Virus record (IMG/VR): IMGVR_UViG_3300021963_005267
Coordinates: 42,584-106,583 of that record
Reading direction: 5' to 3' (one strand)
Length of the DNA: 64,000 bases
From: a virus
Shown here: positions 47,425 through 57,090 of the stretch, one piece after another
How the letters are laid out: each line of letters opens with the position of its first letter
How positions within the stretch are numbered: position 1 is the first letter of the stretch
The notes under the pieces: generated by a model
Database searches by the model: none
Told to the model about the DNA's origin: nothing
What the model saw: the letters and a program-made list of their open reading frames with translations, nothing else
Made by a program: the position numbers and the translations under genes

Positions 47425-49184
47425 CAAAAAGAATACTGCAATTTTTATTTGGATTGATGTTTTGCATCAGCGCATATAGCCAAGCTGTAACATACAATGC
47501 TATCGCTACCGCCTATGTAACTACAACTATCAGTCAGTATGTAGTATTTGACAGTAATATGCAACAGGGTGGAACTTTCACTATGAGTGTATTAGCACAC
47601 AACGGTGGAGGTCGTGCTGGACAAAGCGACACGGCTAACGTAAAGATTGAATTCTACAACGCAAGCGGCGGACTGATAACTAGTGCAAATTCAACTTACA
47701 ATGCTAACCTTCCAAACCCCAATGCAGTTTGTGGCAACCCTTGTATTGACACTAGTGTTCCTTGGTCGACATTAACCATTAGCAAAAGTTTAACATCTGC
47801 TGAAGCCGCAAACGTTGCGTATGCTCGAGTTAGTATGTATGGTATTGACGGAAGTTATTGGGCAGGTGACTACGGTCCTTGGTATCGTGCTCCTACCTTT
47901 CAACAAAATGGTGGCGGTAACTTATTGTATAACCCAGAGTTTGGACCATACAATGGTATAACAGCACAAGGTTGGACAAGTAATCCAGGCTTTGGTGCTT
48001 GCCAAGGTGCGTGGGGTGGTAGCAATGCCTGTATTGTAAACAGCGATGGTGTTCCAGGATCTAGCACAGTAGGCCTAGTTGCTAACGCTAACGGCGGCGG
48101 CCCAAGTGCTACTGGTGGTACAACAAGTGGACAGCCAGGCGGGTACAATAATACAATGAGTGTAACCAATGCTGGTACAGGCGCAACAGCGGGCACAGCA
48201 CCAAGTGCTCCTACAGTTACATCAACTACTACATCGTACACTTATAGAACAGTAGTCACTGGTAATACTACACGAGTATATAGAACTCTAGTAACTACAA
48301 CAAATTACAGTGATGGAACTAGTACATCTAGCAATGGAACAGAAGAATTGTATTACACAGCCGTAGTGACAACTAGCGAAACAAACGGTATTGTTGGCGG
48401 AAACCTCGCAACTACTACAACCACTACAACTACTACAACATATAACAACGGAACACAGACAGTATCATCAAGCAACTCATATGTTTATTATGGCACAATT
48501 AATCAAACTAATGCTCCTGGAGATCAAATAGTTACAAGCGGCCCTGGTAGTACAGCAGGATACACAGGAACACAACAACAAAACCGTGTAGATAACTGGA
48601 ACAATGGATCTGGACAAAATAAAAACAATTATTTGTATATTGATCAGGTTAGCGGAGATTCAAATACTGTGAGTGTGACACAGTCTACAACATCAGGAAA
48701 GAATCATACTGAAGCAACTTTCTCTGGAGCCGGTAGTAATAATATCAACATTACACAAACAGGAACTAACTATCTTAGTCTTGAAGTCAATGGAGCATAT
48801 AATACCGTAACTAGCCAACAGTCAAATAACAGTACCTCTAGTAACTTTAAAGAAACTACAGTTATAGGTAGCAACAACATAATCAATACGAATCAAAAAG
48901 ATAACGCTAATAAAATAATGTTCACTACTGTTACAGGCAGCAACAATTCTGTCACAGCAGTCCAAGAAGGATCGGGAAATCACTATCTAGAAAATGTATT
49001 AACAGGTAACGGGCACACAGTCACAGTAAATCAGAGCGGAAGTACAGCGAATAATGCCAGCTTGAATTTGACCAACTCCGGAGGTGCTGCTAGTGTAGAT
49101 CTGCAACAGTCAGGCGGGAAGTCGTTCAATCTAATACAGAGCTGCACTAACCCTGCGGGCTGCACAACAGTGGTCCGCCAATAA
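47421..49184 (+). CDS. Large secreted protein: Cys-containing N-terminal domain, Thr-rich stalk, C-terminal curlin-like repeats
   Basis: Signal peptide; NYLYIDQVSGDSN, QEGSGNH, QSGSTAN repeats. Confidence 0.7.
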   Translation: MTKRILQFLFGLMFCISAYSQAVTYNAIATAYVTTTISQYVVFDSNMQQGGTFTMSVLAHNGGGRAGQSDTANVKIEFYNASGGLITSANSTYNANLPNPNAVCGNPCIDTSVPWSTLTISKSLTSAEAANVAYARVSMYGIDGSYWAGDYGPWYRAPTFQQNGGGNLLYNPEFGPYNGITAQGWTSNPGFGACQGAWGGSNACIVNSDGVPGSSTVGLVANANGGGPSATGGTTSGQPGGYNNTMSVTNAGTGATAGTAPSAPTVTSTTTSYTYRTVVTGNTTRVYRTLVTTTNYSDGTSTSSNGTEELYYTAVVTTSETNGIVGGNLATTTTTTTTTTYNNGTQTVSSSNSYVYYGTINQTNAPGDQIVTSGPGSTAGYTGTQQQNRVDNWNNGSGQNKNNYLYIDQVSGDSNTVSVTQSTTSGKNHTEATFSGAGSNNINITQTGTNYLSLEVNGAYNTVTSQQSNNSTSSNFKETTVIGSNNIINTNQKDNANKIMFTTVTGSNNSVTAVQEGSGNHYLENVLTGNGHTVTVNQSGSTANNASLNLTNSGGAASVDLQQSGGKSFNLIQSCTNPAGCTTVVRQ

Positions 49185-49206
49185 ATACTTTTTTAAGGAG
49201 TATGCC

Positions 49207-49500
49207 ATGCGTACAGTTGCCGTGGCGTTCCTATTCTGCCTAGCAAGCTCTATAGCCAACGCACAATCATTCCAGAGCAATAAACCCGTAGTTTGTGATA
49301 ACGTACAAAAAGTAATAAAAGCACTTGGTGAAAATTACGAAGAAAAACCCATTTGGATGGCTTCGGGCGAAAATACTAAATTTTCTCTATTTGTTAATCA
49401 AAGTACAGGAAGTTGGACGATCATACAGTTTACTTCAGAAGTAGCCTGTATTTTGGGTGTTGGAAACGATAGCAAACTAGTACTAGGCAACCCGGTTTAA
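49207..49500 (+). CDS. Small secreted protein
   Basis: Signal peptide, two Cys in the mature part, strong SD. Confidence 0.7.
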   Translation: MRTVAVAFLFCLASSIANAQSFQSNKPVVCDNVQKVIKALGENYEEKPIWMASGENTKFSLFVNQSTGSWTIIQFTSEVACILGVGNDSKLVLGNPV

Positions 49501-49517
49501 CATCAAATAAATAGTTG

Positions 49518-49661
49518 ATGTTAAGAAAAATCTTAATCATCAGCATAATTTTAACCATCACTGGATGTGCGGGAATCCGTTTCTGTAGCAAAGAAGAAAG
49601 CACTAAAACTGGATGTAAATCCTGGGACCCTGCCACTACGACCGGAGCCGCAAGTAGATGA
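49518..49661 (+). CDS. Small lipoprotein (47 aa)
   Basis: MLRKILIISIILTITGC lipobox; stop overlaps the cyclase ATG; not in ORF track. Confidence 0.6.
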   Translation: MLRKILIISIILTITGCAGIRFCSKEESTKTGCKSWDPATTTGAASR

Positions 49662-51709
49662 AAATCAATCTCAAAAAAATCTTAGTTAACCCTTGGACAG
49701 CACTACTCACTTTAGTACTGATACTGGGGGTGAGATCTACAGATCCTACATTTGTTGAAAGTGTAAGATTACGTTACTTTGATACCCTAATTACTGCTAA
49801 AGAACCTACATATAATAATATTGTCACGGTTAACATAGACGAAACAGCACTAGACAAGCACGGACAATGGCCGTTACCTAGAGCCGAGTACGCACATATT
49901 ATAGAAGATCTATATTCTAGAAATGCAGGACTAGTAGTATTAAACATTCTTATGCCGGAAAAAGATAGAACAGGTGGAGATGCTGAACTAGCAAAATTAC
50001 TCAAACAATACCCTGTAGTGTTAGGCTCTGCGCCCGCACAGCAGACAAAGAATCAACCACGTGTTCCCGGCTCAGCTGTTCTTAATCCGGAATGGTTGGA
50101 TCAAATAGTACAGTATCCAGGATTAATTGCTAACATTCCTCAACTAGAAAATGCTGCGGCAGGTGTTGGTATAACAAATACACTACCAGAAGTTGACGGT
50201 GTTAATCGTCGTATGCCATTGATCGTAACAGTAGATGACAAATTATATCCCGCACTAAGTTTAGAAACTCTTCGTGTTGCCGCAGGTGATTCAACATTCC
50301 AGGTTAAGCTGTTTGAGGGTGGAGTTGAGAAAATGCGCATTCCTAAGTTTGGTCCTGTAACTACAGACAATCTAGGACGCATATGGATTGACTGGAGTCA
50401 ACAGTCACGCAGCTTTAGTTTAACTAAATTACCCAAAGACTTAGAAGGTGCTATTGTTATAGTAGGACCTACAGCGGCAGGGATAGGTAATCCATTGCCA
50501 ACTAGCAAAGGAGCAGTATGGCCGCACGAAGCACAGGCAGCTGTGATTGGAACAATGGTAAATGGTGTTGTTATAGAACGTCCTGATTATGCTGACGGTG
50601 TTGAATTACTTGCAATTGGATTAGCAGGTATACTTTTATTATTTTTAACAAGGTGGGTATATGTTGGATTGGCAACGACTATTATGTTGGGTGCTGGCGG
50701 TTATTTTATCAGCCAGTATCTTTTCACTAATTTTCTATTCTTATTCGACGCTACTGCGTTTACCGTTGGAACAATATTGGTCGCTTTGCATGCCTACGGT
50801 GTCAAGTTCGTCTCAGAGTTCTTACAGAAGCAAGCCATAAAGAAACAGTTTGCTGGATACTGTTCTAAGGAAGTAGTAGAGATGTTACAAAAAGATCCAG
50901 ACCTGATCAAGCGTGGTGTGCGTAAAGACGTTAGTGTTATGTTCAGTGACCTACGTGGCTTTACTCCTATTGGTGAACACTATGGTGATGATGTTGCCGG
51001 CCTAGGCAAATACATGAACGGATACATGGATGCTATCAGTCGTCCTATTATGGACAACAAAGGAATGGTCATTAAGTATGTAGGCGATGCGAGTATGCAC
51101 ATACACGGTGCACCTATCGAAGACCCTAACCACGCTCGTACAATTGTTGCTGTTGGTTTACAAATGTTAGACGCAGTTGATGCCTACACTAAAGAAATGG
51201 AGGCACAAGGTTTACCTCCTGCTGCAATGGGTTGGGGCTGTAACACTGGTATTGGCTTTATTGGCGAAATGGGCTCAACAGACAGACATAGTTACGACAT
51301 TCTAGGCGACATGGTTTCAACAGCCGCACGTTTAGAAGCACGTTGTAAAGCATATGGTGTGCTATGTATTATTGGTGCTGAAACATACAACCGTACTAAA
51401 GATGATTTCTTCTATTTGTGCATTGACAACTTACAACCAAAAGGCAAGTCAGTGGCAGACTTGATCTATACAGCACTACGTCCTAACGGCGAGGATTGGA
51501 CTAAGGATTTAGAACGTTACAATGAAATGCAAACACTGTATAAGTCTAAGAAATTTGACGAAGCGGCTGCTATGTGTAAGAAATTAAAAGGCACATTCGG
51601 AGGACAGATGGACAAGTACTATAAGATATGGATCGAACGCTGCGATTTTATGAAACAGCAAGATCTACCAGATAATTGGAACGGCGAATTTATCGCTCAC
51701 GAAAAATGA
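49658..51709 (+). CDS. CHASE2-domain class III adenylate/guanylate cyclase
   Basis: GQWPLPR and DGVNRR (CHASE2), TM helices, FSDLRGFT, IKYVGDA, YDILGDMVSTAARLE. Confidence 0.93.
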   Translation: MKINLKKILVNPWTALLTLVLILGVRSTDPTFVESVRLRYFDTLITAKEPTYNNIVTVNIDETALDKHGQWPLPRAEYAHIIEDLYSRNAGLVVLNILMPEKDRTGGDAELAKLLKQYPVVLGSAPAQQTKNQPRVPGSAVLNPEWLDQIVQYPGLIANIPQLENAAAGVGITNTLPEVDGVNRRMPLIVTVDDKLYPALSLETLRVAAGDSTFQVKLFEGGVEKMRIPKFGPVTTDNLGRIWIDWSQQSRSFSLTKLPKDLEGAIVIVGPTAAGIGNPLPTSKGAVWPHEAQAAVIGTMVNGVVIERPDYADGVELLAIGLAGILLLFLTRWVYVGLATTIMLGAGGYFISQYLFTNFLFLFDATAFTVGTILVALHAYGVKFVSEFLQKQAIKKQFAGYCSKEVVEMLQKDPDLIKRGVRKDVSVMFSDLRGFTPIGEHYGDDVAGLGKYMNGYMDAISRPIMDNKGMVIKYVGDASMHIHGAPIEDPNHARTIVAVGLQMLDAVDAYTKEMEAQGLPPAAMGWGCNTGIGFIGEMGSTDRHSYDILGDMVSTAARLEARCKAYGVLCIIGAETYNRTKDDFFYLCIDNLQPKGKSVADLIYTALRPNGEDWTKDLERYNEMQTLYKSKKFDEAAAMCKKLKGTFGGQMDKYYKIWIERCDFMKQQDLPDNWNGEFIAHEK

Positions 51710-51873
51710 TATATACTCCACTTGATTGGTGGATTGATTATTCAGTCTGGCTTATGCTACAATACAAGTTCATGATGCCTGCTAAAATAATTGGCATCAA
51801 TGACGATATGCAAGAATACCTAAAATGTTTTAGTCTAAATGGAATAAAGCAACATAATATCTGTAGAGGATAA
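51706..51873 (+). CDS. Small hypothetical protein
   Basis: ATGA overlap with the cyclase stop. Confidence 0.45.
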   Translation: MIYTPLDWWIDYSVWLMLQYKFMMPAKIIGINDDMQEYLKCFSLNGIKQHNICRG

Positions 51874-51876
51874 AAA

Positions 51877-52524
51877 ATGAAAGGCAGAATAGCCTTATTT
51901 GTGCATCAACCTAAATGTTCTGTTCAAAGCGGCAACGGAATAATAAAAGCTTTAAGCCCGCACTATAATTTTAAAATCTTTACAAAACATGAATTAGAAA
52001 AAGATTTCTTCGACGATGTAGATATCGTATGCATTCCCGGTGGTATCGGTGATAGTGAAAGTTACAGATATCTAATGAAAGAACACAAAGACAAGATAAG
52101 ACAGTTTGTCAGACGAGGTGGAAAGTACCTTGGAATATGCATGGGAGCATACTGGGCTGACAAACACTACTTTGATCTACTGTGCGATATACGTGCGGAT
52201 CAATACATAACTAGGCCGGGTGCCGACACACGCAGGCCACATGCTAAAAATCAACGAGTATTATGGAAAGGTGAAGAATATAAAATGTTCTTCTACGACG
52301 GTTGTGCATTTTACGGAATGGGTTTAGATACAGCTAAGATATGGTCATTATATCCCAACGGTGACCCTATGGCCATAATACAAGGACGTCTAGGATTGAT
52401 AGGTTGTCATCCGGAAAGTGAACCACACTGGTATAACAGTTGGAGTTGGATGAACGGGAAATACCACAACGGTGAACATCACAAACTTCTGTTAGAGTTT
52501 GTAGATGAGCTTATGAAAAGTTAA
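51877..52524 (+). CDS. BPL_N / class I glutamine amidotransferase-like protein
   Basis: IPGG, YLGICMGAY, HPE. Confidence 0.8.
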   Translation: MKGRIALFVHQPKCSVQSGNGIIKALSPHYNFKIFTKHELEKDFFDDVDIVCIPGGIGDSESYRYLMKEHKDKIRQFVRRGGKYLGICMGAYWADKHYFDLLCDIRADQYITRPGADTRRPHAKNQRVLWKGEEYKMFFYDGCAFYGMGLDTAKIWSLYPNGDPMAIIQGRLGLIGCHPESEPHWYNSWSWMNGKYHNGEHHKLLLEFVDELMKS

Positions 52525-52880
52525 TTCTTCTTTTCTTCTTTTTCTTTATTCTTTGCGCCGATGTTATCAGCTTCTTCCATTGCATCGTGAAACTTAGCGT
52601 TAGCCTTAGCCTCTACGATAGCAGTCTCCATAACGCGGTCTGATTCAATCATTTTACCGCGTATGGTCAACACCGTATTAACTTTCTGATTTAGACGAAT
52701 CAGATCGTTGTCTAGCATACGGATACGATCAATTAGTGCTATAAGCACAGTATTGGCGTCACTGATAACGGGCTTAACTTCTTTTGTTGCCCATTCCCAA
52801 ACATATTTGATAATGAAGCCCATTCCAACTGCCATCACAATCGGAAATCCATACTTATTGACTAACTCTACTACATCCAT
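52521..52880 (-). CDS. Single-TM coiled-coil membrane protein (paralogue A)
   Basis: YGFPIV...LIDRIRMLDNDLIRL. Confidence 0.7.
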   Translation of the reverse strand: MDVVELVNKYGFPIVMAVGMGFIIKYVWEWATKEVKPVISDANTVLIALIDRIRMLDNDLIRLNQKVNTVLTIRGKMIESDRVMETAIVEAKANAKFHDAMEEADNIGAKNKEKEEKKN

Positions 52881-52884
52881 GTTC

Positions 52885-53085
52885 TTATCCTATTAATGGT
52901 TTGAAACAATTTACTATAGGTTTAAATGCCCATTCATAGCCTACAACTACACCTATAACAAATCCTATGCCTACTCCGAACATTAATGATTTAAACATGT
53001 CACGGTCGTGCCATATGGGTTGACGTTTTAAATATTCTTGCATCTGGGGATTAAGGCTATCCCACCATTGCTTATACTTGCTCAT
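52885..53085 (-). CDS. Small membrane protein
   Basis: One TM helix; in minus-strand operon. Confidence 0.6.
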   Translation of the reverse strand: MSKYKQWWDSLNPQMQEYLKRQPIWHDRDMFKSLMFGVGIGFVIGVVVGYEWAFKPIVNCFKPLIG

Positions 53086-53269
53086 TGTCTATCGATCCTT
53101 TTACGATAAATTTTTCTAGGTCTCCGACTTTGCGCAGCATCTGGCGACCGTTGATATTAACCAACTTGAAATAATCTCCGCCCTTCCATCCGAGCTTGTC
53201 ACTGTCGAATTCCTCATCTAAAATGATTCCTTCTTTGTCACAATTCCAGGAGTAGTCTACATACAACAT
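53072..53269 (-). CDS. Small hypothetical protein
   Basis: LGWKGGD (AbrB-like pattern); coupled ORF. Confidence 0.55.
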   Translation of the reverse strand: MLYVDYSWNCDKEGIILDEEFDSDKLGWKGGDYFKLVNINGRQMLRKVGDLEKFIVKGSIDNEQV

Positions 53270-53412
53270 TATCTACCCTGTCCTCTATAGGCTTTGTGCG
53301 TTTTTCTTTCAGTCTTGTTCATAGAACTAGTTTTAACTCTGCCGCCCTGTTTTGTTCTTTTTACAACAGAGTTATGTGTCTTTCCAGATGTGCTACCTTT
53401 TGCTTTAGCCAT
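53269..53412 (-). CDS. Small basic protein (47 aa, ends YRGQGR)
   Basis: MAKAKGSTSGKTH...SSMNK...YRGQGR; coupled on both sides; not in ORF track. Confidence 0.7.
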   Translation of the reverse strand: MAKAKGSTSGKTHNSVVKRTKQGGRVKTSSMNKTERKTHKAYRGQGR

Positions 53413-53693
53413 TAGTCTCTCCTTGCGTCATTTTTACCGTCTGCACGAGCAATACGGTCTACGTCTGGTCTTAAACCCAGTGCGTTACTAACTATCGTAT
53501 CGATACGAACAACATCGTGATTCATTGTTTTGACACGATTATCGAGAGCAGTGATGATCCCGGCCATTCCTTTGATGCTGCCTAAAACGCCCTGTAGCAA
53601 AAGTTTGATGGTCAAGTAAACGAAGTAACCGCCGGCTAATGCAGCAGCTACAGGAAATCCTAGATCTCCGATTATTTTGAAAACTTCATTCAT
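53412..53693 (-). CDS. Single-TM coiled-coil membrane protein (paralogue B)
   Basis: LGFPVA...LDNRVKTMNHDVVRI. Confidence 0.7.
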   Translation of the reverse strand: MNEVFKIIGDLGFPVAAALAGGYFVYLTIKLLLQGVLGSIKGMAGIITALDNRVKTMNHDVVRIDTIVSNALGLRPDVDRIARADGKNDARRD

Positions 53694-53730
53694 TCGCTCC
53701 CGCTCCTAACTTATATGTGTATTTAACTAC

Positions 53731-53759
53731 TTGACACTCAAATTATCAGGCTATATAAT
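53731..53759 (+). promoter_or_regulatory. Consensus sigma70 promoter
   Basis: TTGACA-N17-TATAAT. Confidence 0.85.
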
Positions 53760-53784
53760 ATACGTATATTTCTATAAATTCATT

Positions 53785-54588
53785 ATGCGAATCAAACTAG
53801 TATCAGACCTACATTTGGAGTTTTCGGATATCAATATCCAAAATGACCAAAACTACGATGTGCTTATTCTGAGCGGTGATATCCTTGTGGCTAGTAAAGT
53901 ACTGAAACCTGAAAGCGAATACGGTATTCGTTTCCGTGACTTCTTGAAGCGTGTGAGCTTTCAATTCCCGCATGTGATCTATATTGCTGGCAATCACGAG
54001 TTCTACGACAGCGGTCGATTCTTTGACAGCATCGATTGGTTACGTGCTGCCTGCGGGGTTCACGACAATATCTATTTCTTAGAAAGGGATGTTAAGGTAA
54101 TAGACGATGTTACATTCATCGGTGCTACTCTATGGACTGATCTTAACCGAGGTGATCCATTGACCATGCATTTTATACGAGATCGCATGAATGACTATCG
54201 TGCCATTAGGAATGACAAAAAAGGTTTTGTTAACTTAAAGCCCGCCGACACATACGAACGTCATATTAACACTAAGCAATACATCGAAACTGTATTGAAA
54301 GAAAACAAAGATAAGAAGTGTGTGGTAGTTACACATCACGCTCCTACCTATCAGAGTGTAAGCGAATACTACAGGCCAGATCATTTAATGAATGGTGCAT
54401 ACTACAGTGAGCTCACGGATCTCATATTAGATCATCCACAGATAGTGCTGTGGACACACGGGCATATGCATCAGCCGTTTGATTACCTAGTCGGTACTAC
54501 TCGAGTTGTCTGCAATCCTAGAGGTTACGAAAGCGCAACCTACAGCGAACAAACAGGCTGGGATCCAAATATCTTAATCGAAGTGTAA
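53785..54588 (+). CDS. Calcineurin-like metallophosphoesterase
   Basis: SDLH, GD, GNHE, THH, HGHMH, NPRGY. Confidence 0.9.
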   Translation: MRIKLVSDLHLEFSDINIQNDQNYDVLILSGDILVASKVLKPESEYGIRFRDFLKRVSFQFPHVIYIAGNHEFYDSGRFFDSIDWLRAACGVHDNIYFLERDVKVIDDVTFIGATLWTDLNRGDPLTMHFIRDRMNDYRAIRNDKKGFVNLKPADTYERHINTKQYIETVLKENKDKKCVVVTHHAPTYQSVSEYYRPDHLMNGAYYSELTDLILDHPQIVLWTHGHMHQPFDYLVGTTRVVCNPRGYESATYSEQTGWDPNILIEV

Positions 54589-54619
54589 ATACATCTACAC
54601 TTTGATTAAGGATTGGCCG

Positions 54620-55438
54620 ATGATTAGAATTTTATTATCTATGCTGTTATTCTTTTGCATAAACTCCTATGCGAAATCACAACCACATACTGTTTATCTT
54701 TATAACATCACTAAGCAAGAATCGGTGATCGCAAATCATATAGACGATGTAAGGCCAATCGCTAGCATTACTAAATTGATGACTGCTGTAGTGTCTTTAG
54801 ATTATACCCGAGACATGAACGAGAGACTTATGCTCAGTCGTAAAGCAGGCAGCAGTCTACCCAGGCAAAAATATCCCAGAGGAGATATTCTAAATGCTAT
54901 GTTAGTTAGATCTGACAATGGCAGCGCAGAAACTATAGCAGAGCACTATCCCGGAGGCAGAGAAGAATTCTTATCGGCTATGAATAGCAAAGCTCGTGAG
55001 ATAGGAATGACGGAAACACACTTCGATGATCCAACGGGATTACTAGCCACTAACATCAGTACAGCTAAAGATCTTTCGATACTGCTAAAGTATGCATTAA
55101 GATACGAACATATTAAAAAAATCAGTATTAAAAAACACACTATAGTTGAAGTTCAATATAAAAAGAAAATACGTAAGATTAATCTTAACAATACTAATAG
55201 TCCAATACTTTTTGAGTTTGATAATGTCCTAGTAACAAAGACTGGTTACACATCTAAAGCCGGTAAGTGTATTGCAATGGTGGTTGAAAAGGGAAATCAA
55301 AAATACACTATTGTTATATTAGGAGCCAAAACAGTAGCACAACGTATTGACTTAATTAAAGACTTAATGTATAATCACCTTAATGATGATGAGATAATAA
55401 TCGAAGCCGAACCACCACCATTAGGTAATCCAATATGA
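54620..55438 (+). CDS. D-Ala-D-Ala carboxy/endopeptidase (peptidase S11, PBP-like)
   Basis: SITK (SxxK), SDN, KTG; signal peptide. Confidence 0.92.
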   Translation: MIRILLSMLLFFCINSYAKSQPHTVYLYNITKQESVIANHIDDVRPIASITKLMTAVVSLDYTRDMNERLMLSRKAGSSLPRQKYPRGDILNAMLVRSDNGSAETIAEHYPGGREEFLSAMNSKAREIGMTETHFDDPTGLLATNISTAKDLSILLKYALRYEHIKKISIKKHTIVEVQYKKKIRKINLNNTNSPILFEFDNVLVTKTGYTSKAGKCIAMVVEKGNQKYTIVILGAKTVAQRIDLIKDLMYNHLNDDEIIIEAEPPPLGNPI

Positions 55439-55902
55439 CCAATGATAAACTGATAGAAGAAATCAAAGGAATCCGCCGAATAGTCATTAACAAATGCCAC
55501 GGCGGATTTGGTTTGAGTAACGAAGCTGTTCTTAGATACCTAGAACTTTCAGGTACAAGAGTTTGGCCCGAAGCTAATGAGAAGTTTGGGGGTATAATTC
55601 CTTTTACATACTTTTTGGTTCCTCCGGAAGAACGTATACCTGGAGATCCGGACAACTGGCACGACATGACATTAGCTGAACGTGCTGCCCACAATGCTGC
55701 ATACAGCAAGACAGTTTTTTACGATCGAGAAGTAGCTCGCGACGATCCTTATCTTGTTAAGGTAGTTCAAGAATTGGGAGAACAAGCCAATGGAGATCAT
55801 GCAAATCTAAGAGTTGTAGAAGTTCCTGCAGATGTTGATTGGATCGTAGAAGAATATGACGGACTCGAATGGATCGCTGAGAGACATAGGACATGGGATT
55901 AG
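55435..55902 (+). CDS. Hypothetical phage protein
   Basis: VINKCHGGFGLS...RDDP.L...EYDGLEW. Confidence 0.75.
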   Translation: MTNDKLIEEIKGIRRIVINKCHGGFGLSNEAVLRYLELSGTRVWPEANEKFGGIIPFTYFLVPPEERIPGDPDNWHDMTLAERAAHNAAYSKTVFYDREVARDDPYLVKVVQELGEQANGDHANLRVVEVPADVDWIVEEYDGLEWIAERHRTWD

Positions 55903-56156
55903 GCAAAGGTTTGAAGGTTGGTAGTGTGAGCGAGATCTTGGCAACAAGAGCTCGCGCCACCTTCTCTCATCGTATTAACTTTGATAATGTAGCATATCTC
56001 AATCTTGATGAGATGAAGTGGTGGTGCGAAGAAAACTGTCAAGATCTTTGGCGAGCAGAAACTACCCACGCACTGTATTGGCAGTTTGCCAATGAGAAAG
56101 ATGCTATGATGTTTATGCTACGTTGGGGTAGCGCAGAAGGGAACAAATTAAAATGA
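55893..56156 (+). CDS. Small protein, WC...F.xExDA..F.LRW family
   Basis: FANEKDAMMFMLRWG. Confidence 0.7.
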   Translation: MGLGKGLKVGSVSEILATRARATFSHRINFDNVAYLNLDEMKWWCEENCQDLWRAETTHALYWQFANEKDAMMFMLRWGSAEGNKLK

Positions 56157-56359
56157 TTGCCGTTGAATTTGGAAAAGACCGTTATCATCTACAAGAAGAA
56201 ATGATCAAATGGTGTCGTACTACCCTTGGCAAGGGCGGCTGGGCTGCTAACTTAGAATTAAGTGACAATAACTGGTCAGTGGATAGTATGTTCGGTAATA
56301 CCTTCTTTAAATTTAAAGAAAGCAAAGATGCCGTGTTATTTCAATTGAGGTGGGCATGA
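56153..56359 (+). CDS. Small protein, same family
   Basis: FKESKDAVLFQLRWA. Confidence 0.7.
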   Translation: MIAVEFGKDRYHLQEEMIKWCRTTLGKGGWAANLELSDNNWSVDSMFGNTFFKFKESKDAVLFQLRWA

Positions 56360-56360
56360 T

Positions 56361-56660
56361 ATGAAAAAGAAAAAACTATTAACAGATCGCTCCGGAGACC
56401 TGCAGGAAAAAATGCTAGAAGAATCAGCTAAGGCGATGGCTAATGATATTGATAGAGAAGTACTGTGGGGTATGCTCGAGGGTATAGGATGGACTAGAGC
56501 AGGATGTTATCCTCGAGCACATTTCGTTACTGCTGACAGGATCAAAGAAATACACGATTGGGTTAAAAATAACGCCAAGGGTCATTACGAAAATCATCAT
56601 ACAGATTTTATATTTGAAAATTCACAAGACGCAGTAAATTTTATATTGAGATGGAAGTAA
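56361..56660 (+). CDS. Small protein, same family
   Basis: FENSQDAVNFILRWK. Confidence 0.7.
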   Translation: MKKKKLLTDRSGDLQEKMLEESAKAMANDIDREVLWGMLEGIGWTRAGCYPRAHFVTADRIKEIHDWVKNNAKGHYENHHTDFIFENSQDAVNFILRWK

Positions 56661-56691
56661 GAATACGCTGAATTATTTGATATATTAACTT

Positions 56692-57090
56692 ATGGCGATC
56701 AAGAAAAAAATACAGTGGCCTGATGCTAGAGATTTTACTGCTCAAATAAATCAGCAGTTGGCGGATAGTTACTTCCAATACCACTCTCCCTTCACTCACA
56801 AGCCCCCACGCCATAAGTACAACATCGTAGGAGATCGTGTGGAAGAATGTAAAGAATTTGTAGTTCACTCATTCCAAATGGGTGATGTTGAAGATCCTGA
56901 TCTTTATGCAGCTGAACCTTTATGGAAATGGCAAAACAGTGACATAGGCCAATGGGTAATGAAGAATGCCGCAGATACTCCTACCTGGCATAGAATGGCC
57001 GATGCAGTTACCTATGGATATCGATATCAGATACGTGCTAAGTTTATGGGTCCAGCACTAACTGAATACCTTCTTAGAAGCAGTAAATGA
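56692..57090 (+). CDS. Hypothetical phage protein
   Basis: GDVEDPDLYAAEPLWKW; 132 aa. Confidence 0.7.
   Translation: MAIKKKIQWPDARDFTAQINQQLADSYFQYHSPFTHKPPRHKYNIVGDRVEECKEFVVHSFQMGDVEDPDLYAAEPLWKWQNSDIGQWVMKNAADTPTWHRMADAVTYGYRYQIRAKFMGPALTEYLLRSSK

Noticed and set aside
10221-50382. Numerous antisense ORFs of 60-180 aa inside long genes (e.g. 10221-10733, 25930-26469, 39758-40201)
   Set aside because: They are typical reverse-frame shadows of well-supported + strand genes.
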